A stretch of DNA of 60,078 nucleotides, filler included, from Nemertoderma westbladi (Eukaryota; Animalia; Xenacoelomorpha): NCBI GenBank assembly GCA_032718475.1. It is 2 parts of 2 records of this genome, joined end to end, with 100 filler letters (N's around TTAATTAATTAA, not from the genome) between each part and the next. Parts side by side here need not be neighbours in the genome. Positions count along the whole stretch, not along the records: positions 1 to 28,560 come from JAUCBJ010003576.1; positions 28,661 to 60,078 come from JAUCBJ010005167.1. One strand, given 5' to 3'. This document shows positions 24,957 to 37,500 of this stretch, in pieces. The notes below the pieces were generated by a model. The model had not been told where the DNA came from, did not search any database, and saw only the letters and a list, made by a program, of their open reading frames with translations. Position 1 is the first letter of the stretch; each line of letters starts with the position of its first letter. The translations under genes and the position numbers were made by a program.

Positions 24957-25395
24957 CTACAACAGTTATAAAAAAGTTAGAAACAATACGGAAACAATGA
25001 TATTATCGACAGAACTGAATCACAAGTGTTTGCGGTAGGCCTACTTAGAAAGGAGTAGGCATACCGCGATACCGGTACTCATGTTAATAAAAACTTTCAC
25101 TTTAACTTGGTGTAACTGATTTTTTTTAGTATCATTCAATACATTTTGAATGAGGAAATTTAACTTTATAGATCCTTTCCCCTTCATTTTTATCATAATA
25201 GTGAATAATTGTAAATCATGTGGACCAAAACATCCTGCCATCATCTAACTGCCTGCACGTTACAGTAGATCCAAGAATTTGCGAAAGTAAACAATAAATA
25301 CACATTTATCCAAAGTTATATTGTTATAATAATACAAAAACGGTTACACTTATATCTGATTACTAATTAGACTAGAACTTTTCAAAAGATACAGT

Positions 25396-27045
25396 TTAAG
25401 ATTCTCTAAATGAAACTTTGAAATACTTCAACTTTTTACACCGTCTCCACACTGAGTCAGCTAGTGTTTCTGACACAACTACCGAAGAATGATCGAGGTC
25501 GTTATCTCGGTAGCAGCAGTGCAAACTAAACTCTTGTAGATCATCGAAGGTCGCAGATTTCACGATTCTATGAAAATCTGCCAACAATTTGGGTTGAGCA
25601 GGATGTCCGAAATAGGGTGCACGTAAGGTAATTGTGAGTTTGATTAAAGATGAAACAGACTGCAGTACCGTTATTAGACTTTGGTATCGCTCTGTAGATA
25701 TATCGAGCGTGTGGATTGACATCATTATAGAGGGACTTAGAAAAATGAGATTGGTGTTTAATTCCAATGTCTTTACGTTCGGAAATATGTGTGCAAAATC
25801 AGATAATGATTCTGGAATATCTAAGTAAACCGTCGTAGGCCAAACATTGAACTTCAACTCTGTGACTTGAGGTAGAGTAATACCTCTACAAAGGCTTTCT
25901 GATATAATTTGATGATAAACTGAAACATTCACAATAGACCAGAATAAATCCAAACGGGACAGATTAGGAAATTGTTTAAGTTGATCGAATAACCGGAAGT
26001 CCTGATCATTTGTGACTTTCAACACGAGTGTATTGATAGAATCGCGACAATGAGGAATAAGGAAGTCCCTGATGTATTCGGTAGCGGAAGGAGAAAAAGC
26101 GGAATCAATGTTGAAATGTCGGAAGCGGAATTCATTTGTTTCTTGGCTGCTGATTAAATAATTGAGTACTTCAATCGAAGTGTCTGTAATAATCTCGACA
26201 TTTGCGAGCTTTTTCTGTAATTTAACGATACCAGCTGGCGATACCTTGTAACATCTCATTATATGGATAACCTGCAATCTTTCCAGTTTAGCTAAACGAC
26301 ATAGTGCAGCGTTACTGACGACAGAATAAGAAACATGCAGAACTTCCAGGTTGGGACAACAGTTTAAGATATCATCGAGAATGGTGCCAGTTATGTGGCT
26401 TATCTTTATAGATATGAGCAGAGGATACATAATTTTACTTCTAAAAATTCTCGCCAATATTTTTCTATATTCATGGATGTCAATATCCAGCAACGGAATC
26501 TCTAAGGAGGTCAAGATATCTGCTACTTTTGGGATCCATCCTAATATAGGAATAATAATATCTACAGGAAATTCTTTCAGAAAATCTTCGTCGAAGATAA
26601 TTCCAACTCTATCAACATTCTTGAGATAAATTTTACAATATATTTCCAAGATTGCGGCCAACGTTGGTTCCTCTCGAGGTACACGACAGTGCCTCAGAAG
26701 AGGTAATTCATCGAACATAGATCGCAACTGTTTAAAAGCCATAACGTAGGCATGTAGAATATACCGCTGTTTATCGCAGTCAGAAAGAGGGGTTACAAGG
26801 CCACCCATCCAGTTAAACAGGTCGTCGTCGTATTCGTAATCATTGTTTAATAGAAAGGTCGAGCGCGTTGGTATGCACCAAAGCATATTCAGACAGTTGC
26901 CAATGACGAAGCGGTTTGCCCATGTCCGAGATTCCGACTTGACTATCCCAGCAACCAACGCCCGTATTACATTGGCAGTGCCGATTTCTTTTAATGTTAA
27001 TAAACGGCAGTTGTGGTTCAGAATCACTGCTGGTATTTGATCCAT
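25396..27045 (-). CDS. Intronless 549-aa leucine-rich-repeat (RNI-like / F-box-LRR-like) protein
   Basis: Long open frame in AT-rich DNA; LRR units CPNLEVLHVS, LERLQVIHIMRCYKVS, FPNLSRLDL, LPQVTELKF, FPNVKTLEL, CKKLKYFKV; AATAAA-like signals downstream. Confidence 0.8.
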   Translation of the reverse strand: MDQIPAVILNHNCRLLTLKEIGTANVIRALVAGIVKSESRTWANRFVIGNCLNMLWCIPTRSTFLLNNDYEYDDDLFNWMGGLVTPLSDCDKQRYILHAYVMAFKQLRSMFDELPLLRHCRVPREEPTLAAILEIYCKIYLKNVDRVGIIFDEDFLKEFPVDIIIPILGWIPKVADILTSLEIPLLDIDIHEYRKILARIFRSKIMYPLLISIKISHITGTILDDILNCCPNLEVLHVSYSVVSNAALCRLAKLERLQVIHIMRCYKVSPAGIVKLQKKLANVEIITDTSIEVLNYLISSQETNEFRFRHFNIDSAFSPSATEYIRDFLIPHCRDSINTLVLKVTNDQDFRLFDQLKQFPNLSRLDLFWSIVNVSVYHQIISESLCRGITLPQVTELKFNVWPTTVYLDIPESLSDFAHIFPNVKTLELNTNLIFLSPSIMMSIHTLDISTERYQSLITVLQSVSSLIKLTITLRAPYFGHPAQPKLLADFHRIVKSATFDDLQEFSLHCCYRDNDLDHSSVVVSETLADSVWRRCKKLKYFKVSFRES

Positions 27046-27201
27046 CTTCTTTTATATATAATTTTTCATACATATTATGGGACGTGTTACTTAAAATATA
27101 CTATACTAATATTGCAGTACCTAAATAGGGCTCTGTAGGAAGATGAATGTTAGTGCACAGTATCACCATTACCCATATCCTGGAATATAGTGTCGTTATT
27201 C

Positions 27202-27965
27202 GCTAGAGTTCCGTATGTGCCAACATTTTCAGTTTGCTCTAAAATGTGTTTAGTTTACTAGCTACTACTTTTTAATGTTAGTGTGAAGTATTCTAGGATA
27301 TTTCGAATTATTTTTTGTTAAATAATGTTCTAGAACATATAATTTTTTGTTCTAGAACATTTTTAAAAAATTTTATTTTTTTTGTTTTTTTTTGAACACT
27401 TTTTTGTATAATTAACATATATCTAGTAATTTATGTACCGGTACTCAAGTAATAATTTACAATTATAGCTAGTAATTTATATCTATAGCCTATAGTCTAT
27501 AGCCTATAGTCTATAGTTATATCTATAGCTAGCCCTAGCTAACATTTTAAAAAATGCTCTGGAATGCTATCGTTATGGTTAGTTGTTCTGTATTCCAATT
27601 TTTTTTAATTAAACAATAATTTTAATAATTCTTTTTAAAAGAACAAATATTCTAGAATATTTTTTTTCTCGAAAATTGATAATAAAAATGTTCTAGAACA
27701 TTTGGTACATGTTCTAGAACATTTAACAAATGTTCTAGATCTCTTGCCAATAGAAAAAAAGCAGGCAAAATAGCATAAACAATTTTAAAATTGAACAATT
27801 TTTTTAATAATTTTCTTTTTAAGAGTAAGTAATTTATTTTCTCGAAAATTCATAATTAAAATGTTCTAGAACATTTTTTTAAAGTCCTAGAACACTCAAT
27901 ATACTTTCTAGAACATTTATTGAAAAAAAAACAACGAAAATGTTGGCACATACGGAACTGTTCCC
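27202..27965. mobile_element. Non-autonomous TIR element (Mutator-like MITE)
   Basis: 24-bp inverted repeat AGTTCCGTATGTGCCAACATTTTC (27207) / GAAAATGTTGGCACATACGGAACT (to 27959); 9-bp TSD TCGTTATTC (27193-27201 and 27966-27974); many internal TGTTCTAGAACA palindromes. Confidence 0.8.
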
Positions 27966-28560
27966 TCGTTATTCAAGTACCTGCACCGGTGGACCCCCCC
28001 CCCCCCCCCCCCAATTTTTCTACAAATCTTAATGAGATTGCATGAAATTTGAAACAGATAAATTTCACCTCCCTCCTCCTTGCTGGGTGAGCCAGAATTT
28101 TTATTTTTGCTTTCAATCTTTAGCTACACGCGTTTTAAAATGGTGTTTCCGGTGATATTTCACCAGTTATACTGCAGTTATTTTTGAACATTATCGCCGA
28201 ACCTTGGTACCAATAGAAAGCTGACCGTGCAAGGATTCCAGAAATGTAAAAACATTTGAATTTGGTTTATAAATAGCCGAGATATGGGAATTCGAAAATT
28301 GCATGTATTTGCTTCCCCTGCACACTATTTATTATATTTAATAAATACATCATATTCTGGAACATTTTGTTTATCCCACACGTAGCTGGGCAACAATATA
28401 TATAGCGCTTTTATTAATTCAACTATGAAACACTATTAATAAATGAATGGCACTGTTTTGAAACAAATAGCTAATAAAGGCCACTGAACTGTTACACTTG
28501 AATGATATTAATGGATAATTTCTTTATAATTAACATTAAAGGGGAGTTAGGGAGAGGGGT

Positions 28561-28660
28561 NNNNNNNNNNNNNNNNNNNNNNNNNNNNNNNNNNNNNNNN
28601 NNNNTTAATTAATTAANNNNNNNNNNNNNNNNNNNNNNNNNNNNNNNNNNNNNNNNNNNN
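28561..28660. other. Assembly gap with synthetic linker (44 N, TTAATTAATTAA, 44 N)
   Basis: Exactly 100 bp, symmetric; the 12-mer has stop codons in all six frames. Confidence 0.95.
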
Positions 28661-29395
28661 TCATGTCATCAGAGAATGACACTATATTTCAGGTCCATGT
28701 TGTACTAGACCACATGCTGCGTCTTTGTGTAGAGTTCATCTGCAATTCTACAGGCATCCGCTAGAGGGCCAAATGTCTGAAAGTGAAAAACCTTCTACAA
28801 TTTTGTATTATTGTTTTTTATCCATTCGACCTGATTCCTGGCACATTTTTTTATACTTCAGAGTTTTTGTGAGGGCTAAACCCGTCTGCAGTTACCTCAT
28901 CTGGACTAGGGGAAAAAATTGATCAGCAGGAAATATTCTCATACGTTGTTTATGACCCTTTTGAATTGATACTTAATATAAATTTATCTCACGTGCTGCG
29001 CGAAGGCCCCACTTTGTATATGTAATCGGGATGAATGTGATGTTATGTGTGAATTACGTTTGCCATCAAACTAAATCATCGCATCCCCAGCCCCTAAGTC
29101 AAGTACAATAACTATTTGAAGGTAAATAAAATATCCATGCTACGTTTGCGTGAATTCCCCCCACCCAACCTACAAACAGTTCCAAGCTTAAATGCTTGAT
29201 TAGTGAAGCACTGCGCACTTGTTAGTGGTTATCTATTCAACCACAACCGAACCTTTATTAAACTCCCTGATCGACCGATAAGCATGGGTGCATCATTCTT
29301 AAAGTAAACCAAAACTACACAGCATTATATTTTTATATCGAATCCATTTACTTTGTGTCCTCTTCCCCGGTACCATAGATATGGCTGATCCAAAA

Positions 29396-29453
29396 CCAAA
29401 CATTCGGCCGAGGCCGGAGGCGACCCGAAGGCTCCTCTTTCGATAGCTGCTAC
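29396..29453 (-). mobile_element. 3' fragment of the SINE (or of its partner LINE tail)
   Basis: tcggccgaggccggaggcgacccgaaggctcctctttcgatagctgctac matches 18854-18903. Confidence 0.8.
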
Positions 29454-29934
29454 ATATAATCCTATGCTATATGATTTCTTCTTTATAGTTGTCATTTTAA
29501 ATTTTAAACGTTACGTTCGTTCAGGACTGTACTAAGTACAGTCCTTGTACTCAAAATAAAACGTATATGTTTCAATATTTACAGTAATATATATCATTAC
29601 AAAGATGATTTAGACAACATCTCAAAAATAGCAAATATAAAATGAAAAATATCGCAAAAATAGCATATTTTTGATGAATTTTCCTTTGCATGACCCCCCC
29701 CAAGCGGAAACACGAAGTGAACATTGCGAGTGTAAGTCTGATTGCTAGTTGTAACCTGATTACAAGGTGGTGTGCAGTGCGAAAGTATAATTATTCCCCG
29801 TTATGGTTTAAATTGCTGGCCCATGTGAACTTTCCCAGAGTGCCAAGGAAAGTCGAAATAAAATGGGTCAACATTTGTTTAAAGGGGTGGGTAGGTGGGT
29901 CGCTTGGTCGGTCGGTCGGTTGGTCGGTCGGTCG

Positions 29935-30445
29935 GTGGGAAGGTGGGATGGTAGGAAGGTGGGAGGGGGGGGGGGGGAGGTGGGATGGAAGGAAGGTGGG
30001 GAGATGGGAAGGTGGGTGGGAAGGTTGGGATGTAGGAAGATGGGAATGTGGGAAGATGGAAATGTGGGAAGATGGGAATGTGGGAAGATGGGAATGTGGG
30101 GAGGTGGGTGGGAATGTGGGAAGATGGGAATGTGGGAAGATGGGAATGTGGGAAGGTGGGTGGGAATGTAGGAAGGTGAGAATGTGGAAGGTGGATGGGA
30201 ATGTGGGAAGGTGGGAATGCGGGAAGGTCGATGGGAATTTGGGAAGATGGGAATGTGGGAAGGTGGGTGGGAATGTAGGAAGATGGGAATGTGGGAAGAT
30301 GGATGGAAATGTGGGAAGATGGGAATGCGGGAAGGTGGATGGGAATTTGGGAAGGTGAGTGGGAATGTAGGAAGATGGGAACATGGGAAGGTGGATGGGA
30401 ATGTGGGTGGGAATGTAGGAAGGCGGAATGTAGGAAGATGGGAAT
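29935..30445 (+). repeat. GGGAATGT/GGGAAGAT purine-rich minisatellite (left arm)
   Basis: Direct reading. Confidence 0.9.
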
Positions 30446-30469
30446 GACGTTATTTTTACCTGCCAAAAG

Positions 30470-31420
30470 TGGGAAAGGAGCAGGTTACAGAGGCGGGCTT
30501 TTCTAACCAAAACAATAAACGGTATTGTTACCAATTGAGGGAGATGAGATGGTTAAAGAGGCGGGCTTTTCTAACCAAAACATAAACGATATTGTTACCA
30601 ATTGAGGGAAAGGTGCAGGTTACAAGGACGCTCTTTCTAACCAAAACAATAAACGGTGTTGTTACCAATTGAGGGAAAGGAGCAGGTTACAGAGGCGGGC
30701 TTTTCTAACCAAAACAATAAACGATATTGTTACCAATTGAGGGAAAGGAGCAGGTTACAGAGGCGGGCTTTTCTAACCAAAACAATAAACGATATTGTTA
30801 CCAATTGAGGGAGAGGCGATTGTTAAAAAGGCGGGCTTTTCTAACCAAAACAATAAACGATATTGTTACCAATTGAGGGAGGGGAGATGATTAAAGAGGC
30901 GGGCTTTTCTAAACAAAACAATAATCGATATTGTTACCAATTGAGGGAAAGGAGCAGGTTACAGGGACGCTCTTTCTAACCAAAACAATAAACGATGTTG
31001 TTACCAACTGAGGGAAAGGAGCAGGTTACAGGGACGCTCGTTCTAACCAAAACAATAAACGATATTGTTACCAATTGAGGGAAAGGAGCAGGTTACAGAG
31101 GCGGGCGTTTCTAAACGAAACAATTACTCTATGTTGTTACCAATTGAAGGAAAGGAGTAGTTTACAGAGGCGGCTTTTCGAAACAAAACAATAAACGTTG
31201 TTTTTACCTACAAATTGAGAGAAAGGAGCAGGTCACAGCAGCGGGCATTTATAACCAAAACATTAAACGTTGTTGTGTTGTTATCTACCAATTTAAGGAA
31301 AGGAGTAGGTTACAGAGGCGGGCTTTTCTAAACAAAACAATAAACGTTGTTTTTACCTACCAATTGAGGAAAAGGAGCAGGTTACAGCAACGGGCTTTTC
31401 TATCCAAACAATATACATTG
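30470..31420 (+). repeat. About 68-bp tandem array (about 14 copies)
   Basis: Unit gggaaaggagcaggttacagaggcgggcttttctaaccaaaacaataaacgatattgttaccaattga; CCAATT recurs at 30665, 30733, 30801, 30869. Confidence 0.92.
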
Positions 31421-31424
31421 TTAT

Positions 31425-33320
31425 TCACATCTTCCCACATTCCCATCAACCTTCCCACCTTCCTACAATCCCATGAACCTTCCCATCTTCCCACCCAGCC
31501 ACCATCCCACATTCCCACCCACCTCCCCACATTCCCATCATCCTACATTCCCACCCACCTTCCCACATTCCCATCCACCTTCCCATCTTCCTACATTGCC
31601 ATCCACCTTCCCACATTCTCATCCATCTTCCCACATTCCCATCCACCTTCCCACATTCCTATCTTCCAACATTCCTATCCACTTTCCCACATTCCCATCT
31701 TCCCACATTCCCATCAACCTTCCCACCTTCCTACAATCCCATGAACCTTCCCATCTTCCCACCCAGCCACCATCCCACATTCCCACCCACCTCCCCACAT
31801 TCCCATCATCCTACATTCCCATCCACCTTCCCACATTCCCATCCACCTTCCCATCTTCCTACATTGCCACCCACCTTCCCACATTCTCATCCATCTTACC
31901 ATCTTCCCACATTCCCATCCACCTTCCCACATTCCCATCTTCCAACATTCCTATCCACTTTCCCACATTCCCATCTTCCTCATTCCCACCCACCTTCCCA
32001 CATTCCCATCCGCCTTCCATCTCCCAAATTCCCATCCACCTTCCCACATTCCCATCTTCCTACATTCCCATCCTTCCCACATTCTCATCTTCCCACATTC
32101 CCATCCACCTTCCCATCTTCCTACATTCCCATCTTCCCACATTCCCATCCACCTTCCCATCTCCCCAAATTCCCATCCACCTTCCCACATTCCCATCTTC
32201 CTACATTCTCATCTTCCCACATTCCCATCCACCTTCCCATCTTCCTACATTCCCATCTTCCCATCATTCCCATCCACCTTCCAATCTTCCCACATTCCCA
32301 TCCAACTTCCCACATTTCCATCTTCCTCATTCCCTCCCACCTTTCCATCTTCCCACATTCCCATCCACCTTCCCAAATTCTCATCTTCACACATTCCCAT
32401 CGTCCCACATTCTCACCCACCTTCCCATCTTCCTACATTCCCATCCACCTCCCCACATTCTGATCTCCCCACATTCCCATCCACCTTCCCAAATTCCCAT
32501 CCACCTTCCCACATTCCCATCCCTTCCCACATTCCCATCCACCTTCCCACATTTCCATCTTCCTACATTCCCATCCACCTTCCCACATTCCCATCTTCCA
32601 CATTCCCGCATTCCTCATTCCCAGCCACCTTCCCACATTCCCATCCACCTTCCCACATTCCCATCTTCCTACATTCCCATCCACCTTCCTATCTTCCCAC
32701 ATTCACATCTTCCTACATTCCCACACACCTTCCCACATTCCCATCCACCTTCCCATATTCCCACATTCCCATCCACCTTCCCACATTCCCATCTTCCTAC
32801 ATTCCCATCCACCTTCCTATCTTCCCATATTCCCATCTTCCTACATTCCCACCACCTTCCCACATTCCCATCAACCTTCCCATATTCTCACATTCCCATC
32901 TTCCTACATTCCCATCCACCTTCCCACATTCCCATCTTCCCACATTCCCATCCCTTCCCACATTCCCATCTTCCCACATTCCCATCTTCCCACATTCCCA
33001 TATTCCTCATTCCCACCCACCTTGCCACATTCCCATCTACCTTCCCACATTCCCATCTTCCTTCATTCCCATCCACCTTCCCACATTCCCATCTTCCCAC
33101 ATTCCCATCTTCCCACATTCCCATCTTCCTACATTCCCACACACCTTCCCACATTCCCGTCCACCTTCCCATATTCCCACATTCCCATCCACCTTCCCAC
33201 ATTCCCATCCACATTCCCACGCTCCCACATTCCCATCCACTTTCCCATCTTCCTTCATTCCCATCCACCTTTCCACATTCCCATCTTCCCACATTCCCAC
33301 ATTCCCATCTTCCTTTCCCA
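31425..33320 (-). repeat. TTCCCACA/TTCCCATC minisatellite (right arm, inverted relative to the left arm)
   Basis: Direct reading; includes a 268-bp internal duplication (ATGAACCTT at 31473 and 31741). Confidence 0.9.
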
Positions 33321-33804
33321 GACTGTTTGGGAAGATGGTCGAAAATACGAAAGTTGCCTAATGATAGTGAATGGGCCAAATTCCTTTTCGATGTGCTTTT
33401 TTTTCGCTGGGAATGGGAATCCTGGGAAACTTCACATGGGCGAAATTGCGGGGCTGTATCGCCTGAGGTTTGAGACGGGGACAATTAATGATTGATGCAA
33501 ACTGTTTGTATTTGGAAGAGCATATACATGTCATACAAGCATGTAATTTATGTCTATGTGTTTATCGTTTAATTAATAAATTAGAGGATGTCTTAACGAT
33601 TTTATTCTTATTCTAAAATTGTTAAAGAATTTCGAATTTCTTCACTTTCATAAACTTTTGAATTCTTATTTTCGCTGTCAAACAATTTAGAAATTTTGCT
33701 GGAAATGTATTTTTCTCCTACGCCTCCCCGCTCCCTGAATTCTGGTCATACTATTTTCAGGTATTTTTTTACATTCGGGGGGTTAATGCAAGGGATTGTT
33801 TGGG

Positions 33805-33858
33805 CCCCTACAACCAATAGCTTGCAGGCCCGGCACTCTACCAACTGAGCTACCCCGC
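33805..33858 (-). mobile_element. SINE head fragment (tRNA-like part only)
   Basis: Reverse complement gcggggtagctcagttggtagagtgccgggcctgcaagctattggttgtagg. Confidence 0.8.
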
Positions 33859-35111
33859 TTTCCCATGTGACTGATACATAATTTACAACAGTGGGTGATT
33901 GAATCTTTTCGGCGCAGGTGGTAATATTGGTGTATAGGAAATGGTTTATGAAACGTATGGTAACAAAATAGCAAACTGAAGTAATCTGATACCAACAGTG
34001 ACAATCGATTTGAGGAACTGTATTTCAGATAGCTAGTGGATCGATGGGATGGGTTGGTTATTTCCCAAAACTGAAATTATATACCGCATGGCTATATGGT
34101 ACTGTAGTTTGACCGTTTAGCCCTCCGATCAGCTAGTTTTGAGAACGCCAAAAGACCGAAGAAAATTAAACAAGTTGGTTTATATCTGGAGATGAGAGTG
34201 GTGGATCTAGCCATATTCTCTCAAAAGAAAATATCCCAGTCCTAAGTTGCATTGTAGGCACCAACTGATGCACACCAGCACTGATTAACTGAGTGTGTGT
34301 CTACTGACAGGTATTGAGAATTTATCGATGAAAACAATTCGAATGGCACTGTTTTGTGACCTTTTTTCGTTTCAATATCAACCTTACAGTAAGTAGTAAT
34401 ATTATTCACTACGATGATGAATTAAACTCAATGAATAATGTCTGAAGTCGTTGCTATGGATGCTCTACTTTGCATAAAGTCTTTCAACATCATGATAGCT
34501 GAGTGATTCTTAGACACCAAACACCTTTAGTTTGTATACTACGTAAGATTTCTTAAGGAATATATGGACTAATCTATGGAATTAACAAATGTCTAGACAT
34601 ACATTTTACTATTAAAATAAAATAAATAGCCCTACCCCGCTTCATTTTTGTGTTTTGATGAGTCATGTGGCCGATAATGTGACATTTATTTTTTGGTGTA
34701 AAAATATGAGCTAATTGTAATATAAGTATAAATGCAAACTTTAAACTCAATAATAAGATAATAATACAATTTAATTTGACACCATTGATATTGTAATTAA
34801 AACTAAGATGAATATTGAACAGTTCTAATCAATATGTTTTCGTACTGTTTCATTAAGTAATGTGAACGCAAATGAAAGCATTGGATACCACGGAAAATCC
34901 AGTAATAGGTTTCCAAGTTTAGATCATCAGATGTAATATATCGTCTAAAGTAATTTAACAATTGATTTAATTATCTCTTACAAAGATGATTTAATATTTT
35001 TATTTCCTTTTTAAATTAATAATAGGGCGATGATCTTACCATTGATTTATTCGGCGACTCATTTCTAATATGGGCTCATTATTGTCTGTGTTTGTCATCA
35101 ACTCTGTGCAG

Positions 35112-35196
35112 CATAACACGTTCGTGGGGCCATCGCGCAGGACGAGGCTCAGTTATCATATACAGATTAAAATTGAGCCATTCTATCCCGAAATTG
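35112..35196 (+). CDS. Candidate exon of the + strand membrane protein gene
   Basis: tgcAG acceptor and GTactt donor; HNTFVGPSRRTRLSYHIQIKIEPFYPEI; ends in phase 1, compatible with exon 38677. Confidence 0.3.
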
Positions 35197-35889
35197 GTAC
35201 TTAAGAAATTTAAATTAATAATTAAGAAGTTTAACCAAACCGCCCAGATAGGGGCGGAAACTGGACGCAAAAATTAATCCCTCTCCAGGGGAAATTCGAC
35301 GCAAATAACAGATGATTACTCTCAAAAATAAAACTGTAACCTGTTCTATTGTGTTTTGTTTATTTTGGTTATAATAACGTGCCACTGAAACCTGCCCCTT
35401 TCCCTAAATTGATAATTTAACATTGAGGCCGGATATTAATTCGCCAAGGCGGGTTTTTCGTCGAGTTTCCGCCTTGTCTCAAACCGCCAATAAGAATAAA
35501 TAAAAGAAGGGAGGAAAGTTTCCCCCTCGTTTCAACTGCCCTCTTAATCTGCACCACCCCAACCGCAAAGGAGCATAGAGAATTAATTAAAGGCAGAGAG
35601 GCATTAACAGGAAATTGTGTTTTAAAAGTAATATATTTTTAGGTGTGGAGGCAACCCAATTTGTAAAATTTATTAAAACTTACCTTATGCCGATAGTATT
35701 GATACTAAAATATTAATTTATCATGTCGATGCCTCAACGAAATTATTTAGCTAATTATTATAAAGAATCAGGTCATGATTAAGTACTCGGCCAATCATTT
35801 TGCAAGACAAAGCAAGCTGGCTTATTAGTTACACTAGTAGTGCCATCCTCATGTCCTATAGATGTAATTACCCGTTGCCAAGTATATGG

Positions 35890-36412
35890 GGGGTAAGGGA
35901 AAGGCATGGGCAGCCTTGAATGGGCTTTCCAGGATTTGGAAGTCACCGAGAATTAATCGGAACTTAAGGTCCGATTATTTAGAGCAGCAGTAGTTCCAGT
36001 ACTCCTCCATGGGAGTCCATGCTGGGCTCTAACTGCTGAGGACACCAAAACTCTGGATGGCACATTCACAAGAATGCTACGCCGGGTTCATTGTGTCAAG
36101 TACAATGCACACATCTCCAACCAGACACTATATAACATTGGAGGTGTCTCATTGGTTCCCCCAAGCTTGACACTAGAACAAAATCGCCTCCGCTTGGCAG
36201 GACATTGCTTTCGCCGTGAGGACCAGCCAGTGCATAATCTTGTACTTTGGCAGCCTCATGGAGTGAATAAGCATGGTGGACAGCCCATGACTTTCTTGAG
36301 ACGCATCTTAAAGGAGACTGGCCTTGAAGATGCGGATGATCTAGCAAATGTCATGGGCGATAGGGAGTTGTGGCGGTGCAATTTTGTCGATAAGCCGGCA
36401 CAGCATTCTTAA
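35890..36412 (+). pseudogene. 5'-truncated RTE-clade LINE fragment (post-RT C-terminus)
   Basis: KAWAALNGLSRIWKS..LKVRLFRAAVVPVLLHGS..W..LDGTFTRMLR...RLRLAGHCFRR..VLWQP..GGQP..DRELWR. Confidence 0.8.
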
Positions 36413-37196
36413 AAATGCAGCTGCAATGCAGCATGCCGATCCTAGTAGTAGAGATGATAGGACTGGTTCCCCCCATCTAATAGGAGGCAATATCAAGATG
36501 AATGCCAAGGAATGATGGAGCTGCAAGTTTAGAGTGATGGAATGCATTTTAACTTAAGTACGTTTAGATCAATTACAAACACATTTCTTAAAGCACATCT
36601 CTTGAACTAAGTAAAAACTATAATGGAATGGGGTATGGGGATTACAGTTGTATCTTTAAGTATAATTGTTTAAATCTTAGACTAGAAAATAATTAATATC
36701 CTTTAAGAGACAGGTTGAAATTGCTGTTTTTACAATAATTAACTTTAACTAATTAACTGCTTTTATCTTAGAATCTCGAAGGAAAATTGGAAAATTTCTA
36801 AACTTTTGCCAGACTACATGTGTACCAAGTTTGGATAGATTTCATTAACATTTTGCTTTTAACAGTTATTAACGTTTAAACACCGATTGAGTTAGTGGTA
36901 CCTGTATGCTAAGCTCGCTTACTTTCGTCGCTCGCCCCACATTCTGCTACCATTCAAGGATCTGAGTTCTGAGTATTTCTGAGAATGAAGTAGCTTTCCG
37001 TTTACATAACAAAACTAAGCCTACGTCAAATCGACTTGATATTCCAATTAATTAGAAATAAGTATTAAGTTAGGAGATTTGGGAATAGTTTGATTTAAAT
37101 TAATTATTATTTCTAAAAGATTGGACTAGGTACACAAAAACATAAACATAAATATCGGGAATATAAACAACTCGCGTCCTTATAAGGTTATTTTAA

Positions 37197-37500
37197 CTGG
37201 CCCAGAGTGCCCGGAAAGCCAAAAATGGTCAATGTTTGTTTTACGGTGAGGGACTGTGGATGGGTGGGTGGGAAGATGTGAATGTAGGAAGATGGGAGTG
37301 GACATTATCTTCCCACATTCCCATTTTCTTACATTCCCTCCCACTTTCCCACCTTTTAACCCACATTCCCATATCCCCACATTCCCATATTTCACATTCC
37401 CACCCACCTTTCCACCCACTTTCGTACCTTCCCATAGCGGTACCCACCCACCGCCCGTCAGACCGACTAACTCACCGATAAACCGACCGATCACCAGACC
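37197..37500 (+). mobile_element. Deleted derivative of the 29817-33442 foldback-like element
   Basis: ctggcccagagtgcccggaaagcc..ggtcaatgtttgtttt resembles 29816-29881; followed by short inverted GGGAA/TTCCC arms and ACCG repeats. Confidence 0.6.

Larger units (their letters stand above)
29817..33442. mobile_element. Foldback-like non-autonomous TIR element (3.6 kb)
   Basis: Ends TGGCCCATGTGAACTTTCCCAG / CTGGGAAACTTCACATGGGCG; 7-bp TSD AAATTGC (29810-29816 and 33443-33449); inverted GGGAA/TTCCC minisatellite arms around a 68-bp array. Confidence 0.82.

Noticed and set aside
28605-28616. TTAATTAATTAA palindrome as a biological site
   Set aside because: Centred in a symmetric 100-bp N gap; synthetic linker
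29690-33495. Long ORFs (666 aa PHSHLPTF-rich and their antisense partners)
   Set aside because: Stop-free translations of a minisatellite, open in most frames
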